Shown: piece by piece, positions 8,973-17,781 of the stretch | Layout of the letters: every line of letters starts with the position of its first letter | Position numbering within the stretch: position 1 is the first letter of the stretch | Assembly: GCA_963707045.1 (NCBI GenBank) | Contig: CAVPOV010000014.1 | Coordinates: 62,643 to 126,642 of the forward strand | Source: an uncultured delta proteobacterium | Lineage (GTDB): Bacteria > Desulfobacterota > Deferrisomatia > Deferrisomatales > JACRMM01 | Length of the DNA: 64,000 bases | Reading direction: 5' to 3' | The notes under the pieces: generated by a model | What the model saw: the letters and a program-made list of their open reading frames with translations, nothing else | What the model was told of the DNA's origin: nothing | Databases searched by the model: none | Program-made: the position numbers and the translations under genes

Positions 8973-10136
8973 TCATGGCGCCTCCGTGCCTTCGGCGAGA
9001 ACGCCGAGGTACCGGTGGTACACGAAGAGGCGGTTTCGTCGCTTGCCGGTCAGCTCCCGGACGAGTCCGAGCCCCTCTAGGAGTTCCATCGCGGCGGATG
9101 CCGCCGGGAAGGACAGCCCGGTTGTCCGGCAGACCTGGGGCATCGCGAGGATCGGTCGCGCCTTGAGCGCCTCGTGGACCCGAAGGGCCGAGCCCGCCCG
9201 GCGTCCACTCGACTCCACGTTCGCCCGATCCACCCTGAACATCTCGGCCAGGCGCTGAGCCGTGGAGACCGCTCCTTCAGCGGTCCGCCGCACCCCCTCC
9301 AGGAAGAACGTGAGCCACGCTTCCCAATCCCCGGTGCGCCGCACCCGCTCGAGCAGTTCGTAGTACGCAGGCCGGTTCTGCTTCAGGTAGAGGCTCAGGT
9401 ACAGGAGAGGCTCCCGCAGTACGCCGGTCTGGCAGAGCAGGAGCGGGATGAGCAGGCGCCCGACCCGCCCGTTTCCGTCGAGGAAGGGGTGGATCGTCTC
9501 GAACTGGACGTGCGCGAGACCGGCCCGCACCAAGACGGGCAGCCCATCGCCTTCCGCATGAAGAAAGCGCTCGAGCGCCGCCATGCAGTCCGGCACCACC
9601 GTGTGCGGCGGGGGGACGAAGACGGCGTTTCCGGGTCGGGTGCCGCCGATCCAGTTCTGGGATCGACGGAACTCCCCGGGATCCTTCGCGCTGCCGCGCC
9701 GCCGCGAGAGCAGCACGCCGTGGACCTCGCGGATCAGTCGATTGGAGAGAGGAAAGCCTTCCCGCAGGCGGTCCAGCCCGTGCTCCAGCGCCGCGACGCA
9801 GTTCGACACCTCGACCACGTCGTCCAGGGGAACACCCGGGGCCTCGTCCAACTCGAAGAGCAGAAGGTCCGACAGCGACGACTGCGTGCCTTCGATCTGG
9901 GACGACAGCACCGCCTCCTTGCGCACATAGGCGTAAAGGAAGAGCGATTTGTCGGGCAGGAGGGTCGAGACGCCGTCGAGGCGGCCGACGGCGAGCACAG
10001 CGGATTCGAACGTCTGCTGGAGTGCGCCATCGAAGGCCAGCGGTGGCTCCGGCGGAAGGGGGGCCGGCACGAAGGCGCGAACCTCCTCGCCTCCGGCGCT
10101 CGTGACCTCGTACCGGCCGGTCTCCCCACGCTCCAT
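8973..10136 (-). CDS. Fic/DOC-family protein (AMPylase-type) with an N-terminal inhibitory motif and a C-terminal wHTH-like region
   Basis: HPFLDGNGRVGRLL matches the Fic motif HxFx(D/E)GNGRxxR. SSQIEG matches the intramolecular inhibitory motif (S/T)xxxE(G/N). The 387-aa ORF is clean. Confidence 0.9.
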   Translation of the reverse strand: MERGETGRYEVTSAGGEEVRAFVPAPLPPEPPLAFDGALQQTFESAVLAVGRLDGVSTLLPDKSLFLYAYVRKEAVLSSQIEGTQSSLSDLLLFELDEAPGVPLDDVVEVSNCVAALEHGLDRLREGFPLSNRLIREVHGVLLSRRRGSAKDPGEFRRSQNWIGGTRPGNAVFVPPPHTVVPDCMAALERFLHAEGDGLPVLVRAGLAHVQFETIHPFLDGNGRVGRLLIPLLLCQTGVLREPLLYLSLYLKQNRPAYYELLERVRRTGDWEAWLTFFLEGVRRTAEGAVSTAQRLAEMFRVDRANVESSGRRAGSALRVHEALKARPILAMPQVCRTTGLSFPAASAAMELLEGLGLVRELTGKRRNRLFVYHRYLGVLAEGTEAP

Positions 10137-10312
10137 GTCGGTCGGCCCTCCTGTTCAGCGAAGTTGAATAGGGGAGGGGGTTATTAAGACTTCACTAACA
10201 AAGTTTAACTAATGGCCCTCCCGGTGGCAATCGTCTTCGCGCAGCCCTTCGCTTGGGGCCAACTCGGCGGGAGCGACCGCCAGCGCCGGCAGGCCCCGCT
10301 TCGGGACCCAAA

Positions 10313-10382
10313 GGGGACGTAACCGAAATCATGCAATTTGATCCCAGCGCGGTGAGGAATGCGGAATTTCGGTTACGTCCCC
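10313..10382. repeat. 17-bp perfect inverted repeat (hairpin element A)
   Basis: GGGGACGTAACCGAAAT (10313-10329), a 36-nt loop, then ATTTCGGTTACGTCCCC (10366-10382). It ends 8 bp before repeat copy 2. The arm sequence is related to the element at 17782-17861. Confidence 0.7.
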
Positions 10383-10393
10383 CCGTCTCCCCC

Positions 10394-10515
10394 TGATGAA
10401 CGACATGGGGATGGAAGAGGCGGCCCGCCTGGTCCGCCTGGCCGTCGCCGCGGGCGACTTCAAGATGCCGAAGGCGTTCGCCGGCGCGACCCCGGAGGCG
10501 TGGAAGCTGGGGTAG
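10394..10515 (+). pseudogene. orphan 3'-terminal 40 codons of the 3-hydroxyacyl-CoA dehydrogenase gene
   Basis: LMNDMGMEEAARLVRLAVAAGDFKMPKAFAGATPEAWKLG* duplicates the end of the 6880-8010 gene. No upstream coding part is present. Confidence 0.8.
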
Positions 10516-10541
10516 CCGCCCCTGGCCGTCTCCCTCGGCGG

Positions 10542-10709
10542 CTAGAACCCGGTCGCGCCCATCATGCCGAGCTCGGCGAGGCACAGGGGGCAGAACCGGA
10601 CGGCCTCGGAGCTCCCGGCGCGGGCGGGGAGCGGGAGCCCAGGGGCAGGATGGCTCTCGGGCGCCGTGTCGTCGTCCAGGTCGGCGTCGCAGCGGTCACA
10701 ACGGGTCAC
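10542..10709 (-). CDS. small CxxC...CxxC zinc-ribbon protein (copy 2)
   Basis: VTRCDRCDADLDDDTAPESHPAPGLPLPARAGSSEAVRFCPLCLAELGMMGATGF. It has the same length and frame as copy 1. Confidence 0.35.
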   Translation of the reverse strand: MTRCDRCDADLDDDTAPESHPAPGLPLPARAGSSEAVRFCPLCLAELGMMGATGF

Positions 10710-10738
10710 GATCCCCGGTTCTCTCACGGCCTCTTCTC

Positions 10739-11626
10739 TCAGCCCAGTTCCGGGTACGCCCGGGGTGCCACATCCCGACAGCGTTGCTCCAGCTGGTGGG
10801 CGATGCGCTGAATCATAACTTCTGGAAGGCTTGCGCCGCCTCGGGGGTCGGCTAGGAACGCGGGGGTCTTGCCGTTGAACACGGCTGGGCCGTCGGGCGC
10901 CGTCCGCTCCACGTACCACCCCGGCAGGGTCAGGGCGGGCCGCACCGCCACCGGTTCTCCCACCGCGCTCGTGAGCCACTTGCCCAGCCATTCGGCCTGG
11001 CGAATCGCCTGTTCGAGCGGCACGGTCTCTGACCACGTTGGAAAGCCCAGTGTCCGGCCATCGTAGACCACGCGGGCCGAGTCCTTCCCCTTCCCCTTTT
11101 TCGTCCGGGCCTTGGTCTCCACGGCCCACACCCCCGCCGGCCCGACCACGACGTGGTCGATGTTGAAGCGCTCGCCGGGAACGTCATGGAAGACCCGGCA
11201 GCCCCGGAGCATTAACTGGTTCAGCTCCTCCCCGACGGCACGCTCCCCGTCTAGACCCAATCTCAAACGATCCCGTTCGTCTAAGCGTGAAATCAGCCGG
11301 TAGGCGCCTATCACCACTCCACCGATACAGAGCACTCCAGCCAAAATGAGGCGCTCCGCGTTCATCCCACCTCTTGGGTAGAAGAGGACGACGGCTCCAG
11401 AGGTCATCAGCAACGGCCACAGGAGGACTAGGAGCGCTTCGTTCAAGATCTGATCGCCGATTTCCTCAAGGCGGTTCCGGAGGGACTCCCCAGGGCTTCG
11501 CAACAGATCTCTTGTCAAAGGATTCCGGCGCCCAGCGCGTCGAGCACGCCAGCGGCGCAGGTAGACAAGCCCAAGGACCACGGGCATTCCGGAGGGGGCG
11601 AGGAGGAGTTCTGCTGGCACCTGCAT
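10739..11626 (-). CDS. membrane-anchored NERD (nuclease-related domain) protein
   Basis: I took the start at ATG 11626 (MQVPAELLL...). N-terminal hydrophobic helices are followed by GERAVGEELNQLMLRGCRVFHDVPGERFNIDHVVVGPAGVWAVETK, the NERD-domain core pattern. Confidence 0.75.
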   Translation of the reverse strand: MQVPAELLLAPSGMPVVLGLVYLRRWRARRAGRRNPLTRDLLRSPGESLRNRLEEIGDQILNEALLVLLWPLLMTSGAVVLFYPRGGMNAERLILAGVLCIGGVVIGAYRLISRLDERDRLRLGLDGERAVGEELNQLMLRGCRVFHDVPGERFNIDHVVVGPAGVWAVETKARTKKGKGKDSARVVYDGRTLGFPTWSETVPLEQAIRQAEWLGKWLTSAVGEPVAVRPALTLPGWYVERTAPDGPAVFNGKTPAFLADPRGGASLPEVMIQRIAHQLEQRCRDVAPRAYPELG

Positions 11627-11709
11627 TGAAGTCGCCTTCGTAGCGGGAGAGGGCCAGAGGAAGAGCCTACAACCCCTGGCACGACGGGGTTCCGGCTTCC
11701 CCTCAAGGA

Positions 11710-12339
11710 TCAGAACCGATCGGCGTCGGCCGTTCGGCCCTTCTCGGCACGGCGACGGCTCAGCGCCTCGGCCTCCCGTGCGCCCTTGTCCTTTAGGGTG
11801 AGGTCCACGTAGTGAAGTTGGAGCGCCGAGCCCGGCCCAATCTGGACGAGCACGCGGTCCGTGGGGCTGGGCGACCACTGCTTCGCCCCGCGGTACAGGA
11901 GGAGCTCCCCCAGACTCCCCGGGATGGGCCAGTCGAAACCTCCGTACTTCCGGGAGAGGATCTGCACGAGGTTGGCCTCCCGCAGTTCCCGATCGTCTTT
12001 CGTGCCCGAGCTGGAGTTCCAGGCCACGTCCACGCTGTGCAGCTCCCGGGTGTACGGTGTCAGCTTCAGCGTAACCCGGGCCGGCCATTCCAGCAGGCGC
12101 GTCGCGTAGCTGTACGACGAATGCTTCCCGACGTCCTTCGTGGCAACCTGGTGGTTGTAGCGCTTGTTGATGTGGACATGCGGACTCGGTGCGATGGGAA
12201 GATCGTGGTCTCGGGCCGTCGCAAGAATCTGAGACAGCCCCATCCCGGAGCGCCAGACGTCGAACTCGAACGCGGCGGAGGTGGAGGGACGGCCAAACGC
12301 GAGCAGGGCGCCGAGGAGGACCAGGGCTGTACGAACCAT
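11710..12339 (-). CDS. secreted hypothetical protein
   Basis: The start MVRTALVLLGALLAFGRPSTSAA looks like a signal peptide. The ORF is 210 codons and no family was recognised. Confidence 0.55.
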   Translation of the reverse strand: MVRTALVLLGALLAFGRPSTSAAFEFDVWRSGMGLSQILATARDHDLPIAPSPHVHINKRYNHQVATKDVGKHSSYSYATRLLEWPARVTLKLTPYTRELHSVDVAWNSSSGTKDDRELREANLVQILSRKYGGFDWPIPGSLGELLLYRGAKQWSPSPTDRVLVQIGPGSALQLHYVDLTLKDKGAREAEALSRRRAEKGRTADADRF

Positions 12340-12470
12340 GCGGTTTATCCCACTCCGAGAGCGTTCGAGTGCCGAAAGCCTCTTATCGGTTTTCCGAGAT
12401 GGCCGCGGAAACCCGGGAACTACTTGTGCCACCCTCGCCTCTGTGCCCGCGGCGGCCTGTCTGTTCCTGA

Positions 12471-15400
12471 CTAACCCGCCACCACCTTCGCCTCCTGGAA
12501 CAACTCGGCCGGCATCGCGGACCGCAGCCGCCACACGATCCGCATAGGCCGCTCGCCCTCGTGGCGAACGTAGGAGACCGGCCCGAGGAACCGATAGGGC
12601 ATCGTCTCCCCTCGGCCGTCCTTCTTCCTCTGCCGCACGAACAGGAGGACGTGGCTGCCCTCCCTCTCGTGGTTCACGTAGCGGCGGCCCGTGGGCGAGT
12701 CGGCCCGGGTCACGCTCTGCGACTCCCAGTGGAACTCCGTGGGAGAGATCGGGTAGTCGTCGTAGCGCGTCGTCGCCGAGTACTCCTTTTCGGACTTCTC
12801 GAGGGTCACGAAGAGGAGGTCCGACCGGGTGGCCTGGTCGTAGTGGACCCCCTGCTGCATCTGTAGAAGCCGTCCATTGGCCGTGACGCCGAACGCGGCC
12901 AGGATCTCGTAGAGGGCGTAGGTGCCGTGCACCTGGAGCGGGACGGGCTGGCCGAGGTCGAGGGGGTAGACGGCCGAGCGGCTCCGGTCGGCCAGCACCG
13001 CCAGAAGCTCCCGAAACTCGGCGCGCATCGCCGGCTCGGCCCAGAGCTCGGCCAGCGCGTCCCCGAGCTCCGCGACCGATCGCGCGCGGTGTCCCAGGGC
13101 GGCGAAGAGCATGAGCTGGAGGCGGCCTTCGAGGGTCTCGGGGGGCCTCGGCTCGGGCGGCTGGTCGCCGGAGACCCACTCCTGCCAGGTGCCCAGGCGC
13201 AGGGGATCGTCCAGGTGGAGCAGCCGGCCGAACGCCTTGGCCAGCCCTCCCTCGTTCGGTCCCGCGGCGGCCTCGGGGAGCCCGGCCGCCCTGCGGAGCG
13301 CGGACCACGAGTTGGTCGCCGCGGACCGCGGGTAGATCTCCTCCAGCTCCACGCCGGCCTGAGACAGGAAGGCGGCGAGGTCCACGTCCCCGAGGCTCCG
13401 CAGGTCCTCCACCAGGGCCGCCCGGCCGAGCGCGGAGCGCGTCCTTCACGTTGGCCAGCACGGCCTCGCCGGGACAGACGGTCGAGTTGCAGGGAGCAGC
13501 CCGGGCGGGAGGAACGGGAACTCGGCCTCCACCTGCTTCGCGAAGTCCCGCCGCGTGCCGCCGAGGATTGCCCGGTACTTGAGGTCGAAGCGGAACTGGC
13601 GGTGCGCGTTGCCGATGAAGTCGAGGACCGAGAAGCGACCCCTTGCCCTGCGGCCAGCCGGAGCCCGCGCCCCAGCTGCTGGAGGAAGACCGTGGCGCTC
13701 TCCGTCGGGCGCAGGAAGAGGACCGTGTCGACCTCGGGCAGGTCCACGCCCTCGTTGAAGAGATCGACGGCGAAGACCACGCTGGACCCGCCGCTCGCGC
13801 AGGTCGCCGGAGGGCCGTTCCGGCGCTCGTCGCCCGGCGTGCCGCCGTGAATCGCCACGGCGGCCACGCCGGCCTCGGCGAAGCGGCGCGCCATGAAGAC
13901 CGCGTGGTCCACACCCGCGCAGAAACCCGAGCGCCCGCATCCTGGCCGGGTCGGCGACCCGGGCCTTCACCTCCTGGAGGATCCGCGCGGCGCGGCTGTG
14001 GTGGCCGGTGTAGAGCCTCTCGAGCTCCGCCAGATCGTACCGGCCCCGCGTCCAGCGATGCCCGAGAGGTCGGTCCCGTCGTGGACGCCGAAGTAGTGGA
14101 ACGGGCACAGGAGCCCCTGGTCCAGCGCCTTCCAGAGCCGCAGGTCCGCCGCCACGCGGCCTTCGAACCACTGGAGCACGTCCTGGCCGTCGGTGCGTTC
14201 CGGGGTGGCGGTCAGCCCCAGGAGCACCCTGCGGCGGAGAGCGTCCGCAGGAGCGCGTCGTAGCTCGGCGCCGCGGCGTGGTGGAACTCGTCGACGATCA
14301 CCACCTCGTAGGCGTCGGGTCGGAGCCCTGCGAGGCGCTCGGCGCGCAGCGACTGGATCGACGCGAAGACGTGGCGGCCCGCCTCGGGCCGATGCGCCGT
14401 CCACCAGGAGCTCGCCGAAGCTGCCGTCACCCAGGACCACCTGGAAGACCGCCCGGCTCTGCTCGAGGATCTCCTTCCGGTGGGCCACGAAGAGGAGGCT
14501 CGCCTCGCCCCGCTCGCGCCGCAGGCGCGCGTAGTCGAAGGCCGCGACCCAGGTCTTGCCGGTGCCGGTCGCGGCCACGACCAGGTTCTTCCAGTGCCCG
14601 CCGCTGCCGCTCGGCGTCGAGCCGCTCGAGGATCTCCTGCTGGTGCGCCTTGGGCGCCACCTCGAGTCGGCAGCTCGATGGCCGCGGTGCGCCCCTCCCC
14701 CGTCTGCCGCCGGAGCGCCCGTTCGAGCCGGTCGCCGTCCGCCTCGGGGTCGTAGGGCTGAAACTCCGCCTCGGCCCAGTACTGGTCGAACACGGCGCGG
14801 AACCGCGCCACGATGCCCGAGTTGTCGGTCTCGCTCGCGCGGACGTTCCACTCGAGCCCGTCCACGCAGGGCCGCACGGGAGAGGTTCGACGAGCCGATG
14901 TAGGCGGTGGAGAAGCCCCTCGGTCGCGGTGGAAGAGCCAGGCCTTGGCGTGAAGTCGGGTCTGATCGGTCTCGTAGGACACCTTGATCCGCGCCCCGAG
15001 GCGGCACAGCTCGTCGAGGGCCCGGCGCTGGGTGGCGCCGGTGTAGACCGTGGTGAGGACCCGAAGCTCTCGGCCCGAGCGCAGGAACTCCGCCAAAGCG
15101 TCCCGGATCACCAGGAACCCGGTCCAGCGGACGAAAGCGCAGAGGAGGTCGACCCGCTGGGCGCTCGCCAGCTCGCTCGCCACCGCGCGGCCGATCCCCT
15201 GGTCCCGGTGGCCGTTCACGAGGAGGACGCTCGACCGAAGCGGGATCACCGGACGCGCCGGTGGCTGGTTCGCACCCAGGTCCCCGGACGGCCTCACCAA
15301 GTGGAGCAGCAGGCGGCCGGGCTCGTCGACCGCGTCGCCCTCGACCACCGGGTAGGCCGTGGAGTCCTTCAGGAAGTCGAGCAGTCGGTTGGCGAGTCCG

Positions 15401-15660
15401 ATCTGCGCCGCTACCTGTTCCGTGCCCTCGCCTGGGAGGGAGCGAAGCGCGCCGAAGAGATGCCGCCCCACGTAGCGGGCCAGGACCTCGGGCGCCCCCT
15501 CGCCGTCGAGATCGCGACGGCCCGCGCCCCAGCCGCGGGCTTCGAGGCGGACCAGCGCCTCCCCGAGCTCTCGGGTCACGAGGTCCTCGTAGAGCCCCGG
15601 CAGAAGCTCGCGGCCACCGTGCCCCTCTCCGGCGCCCCCCCGCCGTCTGCCGTCACCCAC
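12471..15660 (-). pseudogene. PLD-family (NgoFVII-like) nuclease, SF2 DEAD/DEAH helicase and DUF3427 fusion, with multiple frame changes in the helicase core
   Basis: The N-terminal 245 aa are clean and carry the HKD motif RLHAKAWLFH plus YIGSSNLSRAAL. Helicase motifs VVAATGTGKTWVAA, VIVDEFHH and LGLTATPER lie scattered over three frames (about 13.4-14.9 kb). The C-terminal 313 aa are clean and end ...HWESQSVTRADSPTGRRYVNH...LLFVR...YRFLGPV (DUF3427 pattern). Confidence 0.8.
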
Positions 15661-16063
15661 CCTGCGCCGCCTTCTGCTGAGAAGAAGTCTCTTGCAGAAA
15701 CGCCACCGTGGGCAGGTCCGCGGGCGCGAACTCGTACGCCCCCATCTCCTCCGGCCGCACCCACCGCACCTCGTCGTGGTCCCGCAGCTCGAATTCCCCG
15801 GCGACGTGAACGGCCCGGTAGCTCAGGAGCTCGATCGAAAGGTGGGGGTAGTGGTGGACGTGCGACACCAGAAACTCGCCGATCTCAGCCCCGATGCCGA
15901 ACTCCTCGTGAAGCTCCCGAGCCAGGCAGTCCCGTGGGTCCTCCCCGTCCTCGATCTTGCCCCCGGGGAACTCCCACAGACCCGCGAGGCGGTGGTGTTC
16001 CCTCCGCTTGGCGATCAAGATTCTCCCGGCCCTCTCCATGACGGCGGCAGTGACTCGGATCAA
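15653..16063 (-). CDS. NUDIX hydrolase (MutT/8-oxo-dGTP diphosphatase family)
   Basis: GLWEFPGGKIEDGEDPRDCLARELHEEFGI is a complete Nudix box GX5EX7REUXEEXGU. The 3' end overlaps the start of the downstream PLD-helicase gene by 8 nt. Confidence 0.85.
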   Translation of the reverse strand: MIRVTAAVMERAGRILIAKRREHHRLAGLWEFPGGKIEDGEDPRDCLARELHEEFGIGAEIGEFLVSHVHHYPHLSIELLSYRAVHVAGEFELRDHDEVRWVRPEEMGAYEFAPADLPTVAFLQETSSQQKAAQGG

Positions 16064-16138
16064 TGGTTCTCCTCCAAGACCGATGGGCCAACGCTGAGTC
16101 CAGAGACGTTCGCGCAGAAGTGCGTTGCGCCTTCCCTC

Positions 16139-17119
16139 TCACCGCCTGCGAAACACCCTGTCGCGGTGCCACCGCACCGCCTCCGGATCCGGCCGCCAAG
16201 CGCCCTCCGCTGGCCCGATCAGGAGCCGCCCGACCAAAGCACCCAGGTGGGCCGGCACGTTGTCGCGTCCGCCCAGTTGGGGCGAGGCGAGGATCACGTA
16301 CACCGCCGTCAGGCTGAGGAGCCCCTCGTCGAAGGTCCAGTGGCAGAGGCGGCAGAGAGCCAGACCGTTTCGGGGGTCGTCGTTCTTCGACTCGCTCCAG
16401 GGGACGATGTGGGCCGCCTCGACGACGGTGTGGCCGTCGGGCGTGGTCATTCGGATGCCGCAGAAGCCGCACCGGTGCTCATAAGCCGTGACCACGGCCC
16501 GCCGGAAGCCCTGGTCCCGGGCCGGTGGCGGCACGGTCTCGGCCGCGAGGCTCGCGCCGCCGAAGGGCTCGGATCGGGCGGCCTCGAGGAGGTCGTGACT
16601 GTAGCGGTAGGCCTGGACGTTGACGGCGGCTTGGGCGAGCAGGGCGGGCCGAACCGCCGGGGCGAAGTAGTGTTCCACCAGCGCGGCGCGCAGCTTTTCG
16701 CGGCTCGCCGGGTCCAGGAGCAGCGCGAAGAGCTCTTCATCGAGCCGGGCGCCGAGGACAATCCCTTGGAGCTGCGGGACCGAACTCACGGTCTTCGTGG
16801 CTTGGAGGACCGCCTCCTTGCCCGGCACGGCGACGAGATGCCAGAAACCGCCGCTGCGAAGGTGGAAGAAGGGGTAGGCCAGGTTCCCCATCCGATCGGC
16901 GGGCATGACCTTGGACCAGTAGAGGGAGAAGAGTTCGCCAAGGTCGCGGGTGAGCTCCACGAGGTTCGCCGCCAGCGTCCCCTCGGCAATCAGGTCCATC
17001 ACCGACAGGAGCAGGAGCGGCTTGTGAGGTGCCCGCTCCAGGGTCGCGGCGGGAAACTTGCCTCTGCCCCCGTCCGTGCGCAGCCGCGTGAAGCGGCGGA
17101 CGTACTCCGGGAGGCTCAC
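16139..17119 (-). CDS. HNH endonuclease (HNH_2 type), putative type IV restriction enzyme with an N-terminal DNA-sensing domain
   Basis: The GTG at 17119 overlaps the HIT stop (GTGA). The C-terminus CGFCGIRM..EAAHIVPWSES..NGLALCRLCHWTFDEG is an HNH motif. The N-terminal PHKPLLLLSVMDLI and AYPFFHLRSGGFWHL resemble motifs I recall from ScoMcrA-type sulfur-binding (phosphorothioate-sensing) domains. That resemblance is unverified. Confidence 0.7.
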   Translation of the reverse strand: MSLPEYVRRFTRLRTDGGRGKFPAATLERAPHKPLLLLSVMDLIAEGTLAANLVELTRDLGELFSLYWSKVMPADRMGNLAYPFFHLRSGGFWHLVAVPGKEAVLQATKTVSSVPQLQGIVLGARLDEELFALLLDPASREKLRAALVEHYFAPAVRPALLAQAAVNVQAYRYSHDLLEAARSEPFGGASLAAETVPPPARDQGFRRAVVTAYEHRCGFCGIRMTTPDGHTVVEAAHIVPWSESKNDDPRNGLALCRLCHWTFDEGLLSLTAVYVILASPQLGGRDNVPAHLGALVGRLLIGPAEGAWRPDPEAVRWHRDRVFRRR

Positions 17120-17610
17120 CTCGCTCGCCCCTTCGGCTTCGGTTCGGTGACGAGCGACGCGCTGCCCAGGCCGGGGATGAACCCGGGATCCCGGTAATTG
17201 CCCCGCGCCGGGATGACGAACCGCACCCCGCCCGTGGGGTCGTCCACGTCGCCGTCGAACCGGGGGATCAGGTGCAGGTGCAAGTGGGACACGGTCTGGC
17301 CCGCGGCCGGGCCGGCGTTGAACCCGCCGTTGTAGCCGTCGGGCTTCAGTTCCGCGTCGAGTCGAGCCTTGACCCGGTCGGCGAGCTCCAGGATGGCGAG
17401 CTGTTCTTCCCGGCTGGCGTCGAACCAGGTGGGCACGTGGCGGCGGGGAACGATGAGGGTGTGGCCGGGGTTGACCGGGAAGCCGTCGGGAAAGGCCGCG
17501 GCCAGGGCGTTCTCGGCGAGGATCTCCCGGCCGCGAAGGTCGCAGAACGGGCACTTGCCGGCGGGGCTCACCGCCCGCGGGCTCCGGACCCCGGGCGGCG
17601 AAACGGCCAC
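17116..17610 (-). CDS. HIT-family (histidine triad) nucleotide hydrolase/transferase
   Basis: TVSHLHLHLIPR is the HxHxHxx histidine triad, and CPFC lies near the N-terminus. The exact start is uncertain (GTG 17610 or GTG 17571). Confidence 0.85.
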   Translation of the reverse strand: MAVSPPGVRSPRAVSPAGKCPFCDLRGREILAENALAAAFPDGFPVNPGHTLIVPRRHVPTWFDASREEQLAILELADRVKARLDAELKPDGYNGGFNAGPAAGQTVSHLHLHLIPRFDGDVDDPTGGVRFVIPARGNYRDPGFIPGLGSASLVTEPKPKGRAR

Positions 17611-17781
17611 CCCGCCGTTTCGGCGAAGTGGCCGCGTCCGTTGCCAGCCGTGCTTTCGAGCTTCCGCATCCCTGCCCCTCCCCGAGTCGATCGACCTCCC
17701 GTATCTACGCCGAACGGCGGGGAAGGGTCAACGGAGAATCCGGTCCGCCGTGGTCCCTGCCGATCCGCAGACAGAAGCCGA

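Larger units (their letters stand above)
10391..10713. repeat. 323-bp direct repeat, copy 2
   Basis: See copy 1 (7886-8208). There are 8 mismatches. Confidence 0.9.

Noticed and set aside
7886-10713. 323-bp repeat as a pure assembly duplication artefact
   Set aside because: The copies differ at 8 positions and have different flanks on both sides, which argues for two real loci. It cannot be fully excluded without reads, so this is listed as a check in the finding.
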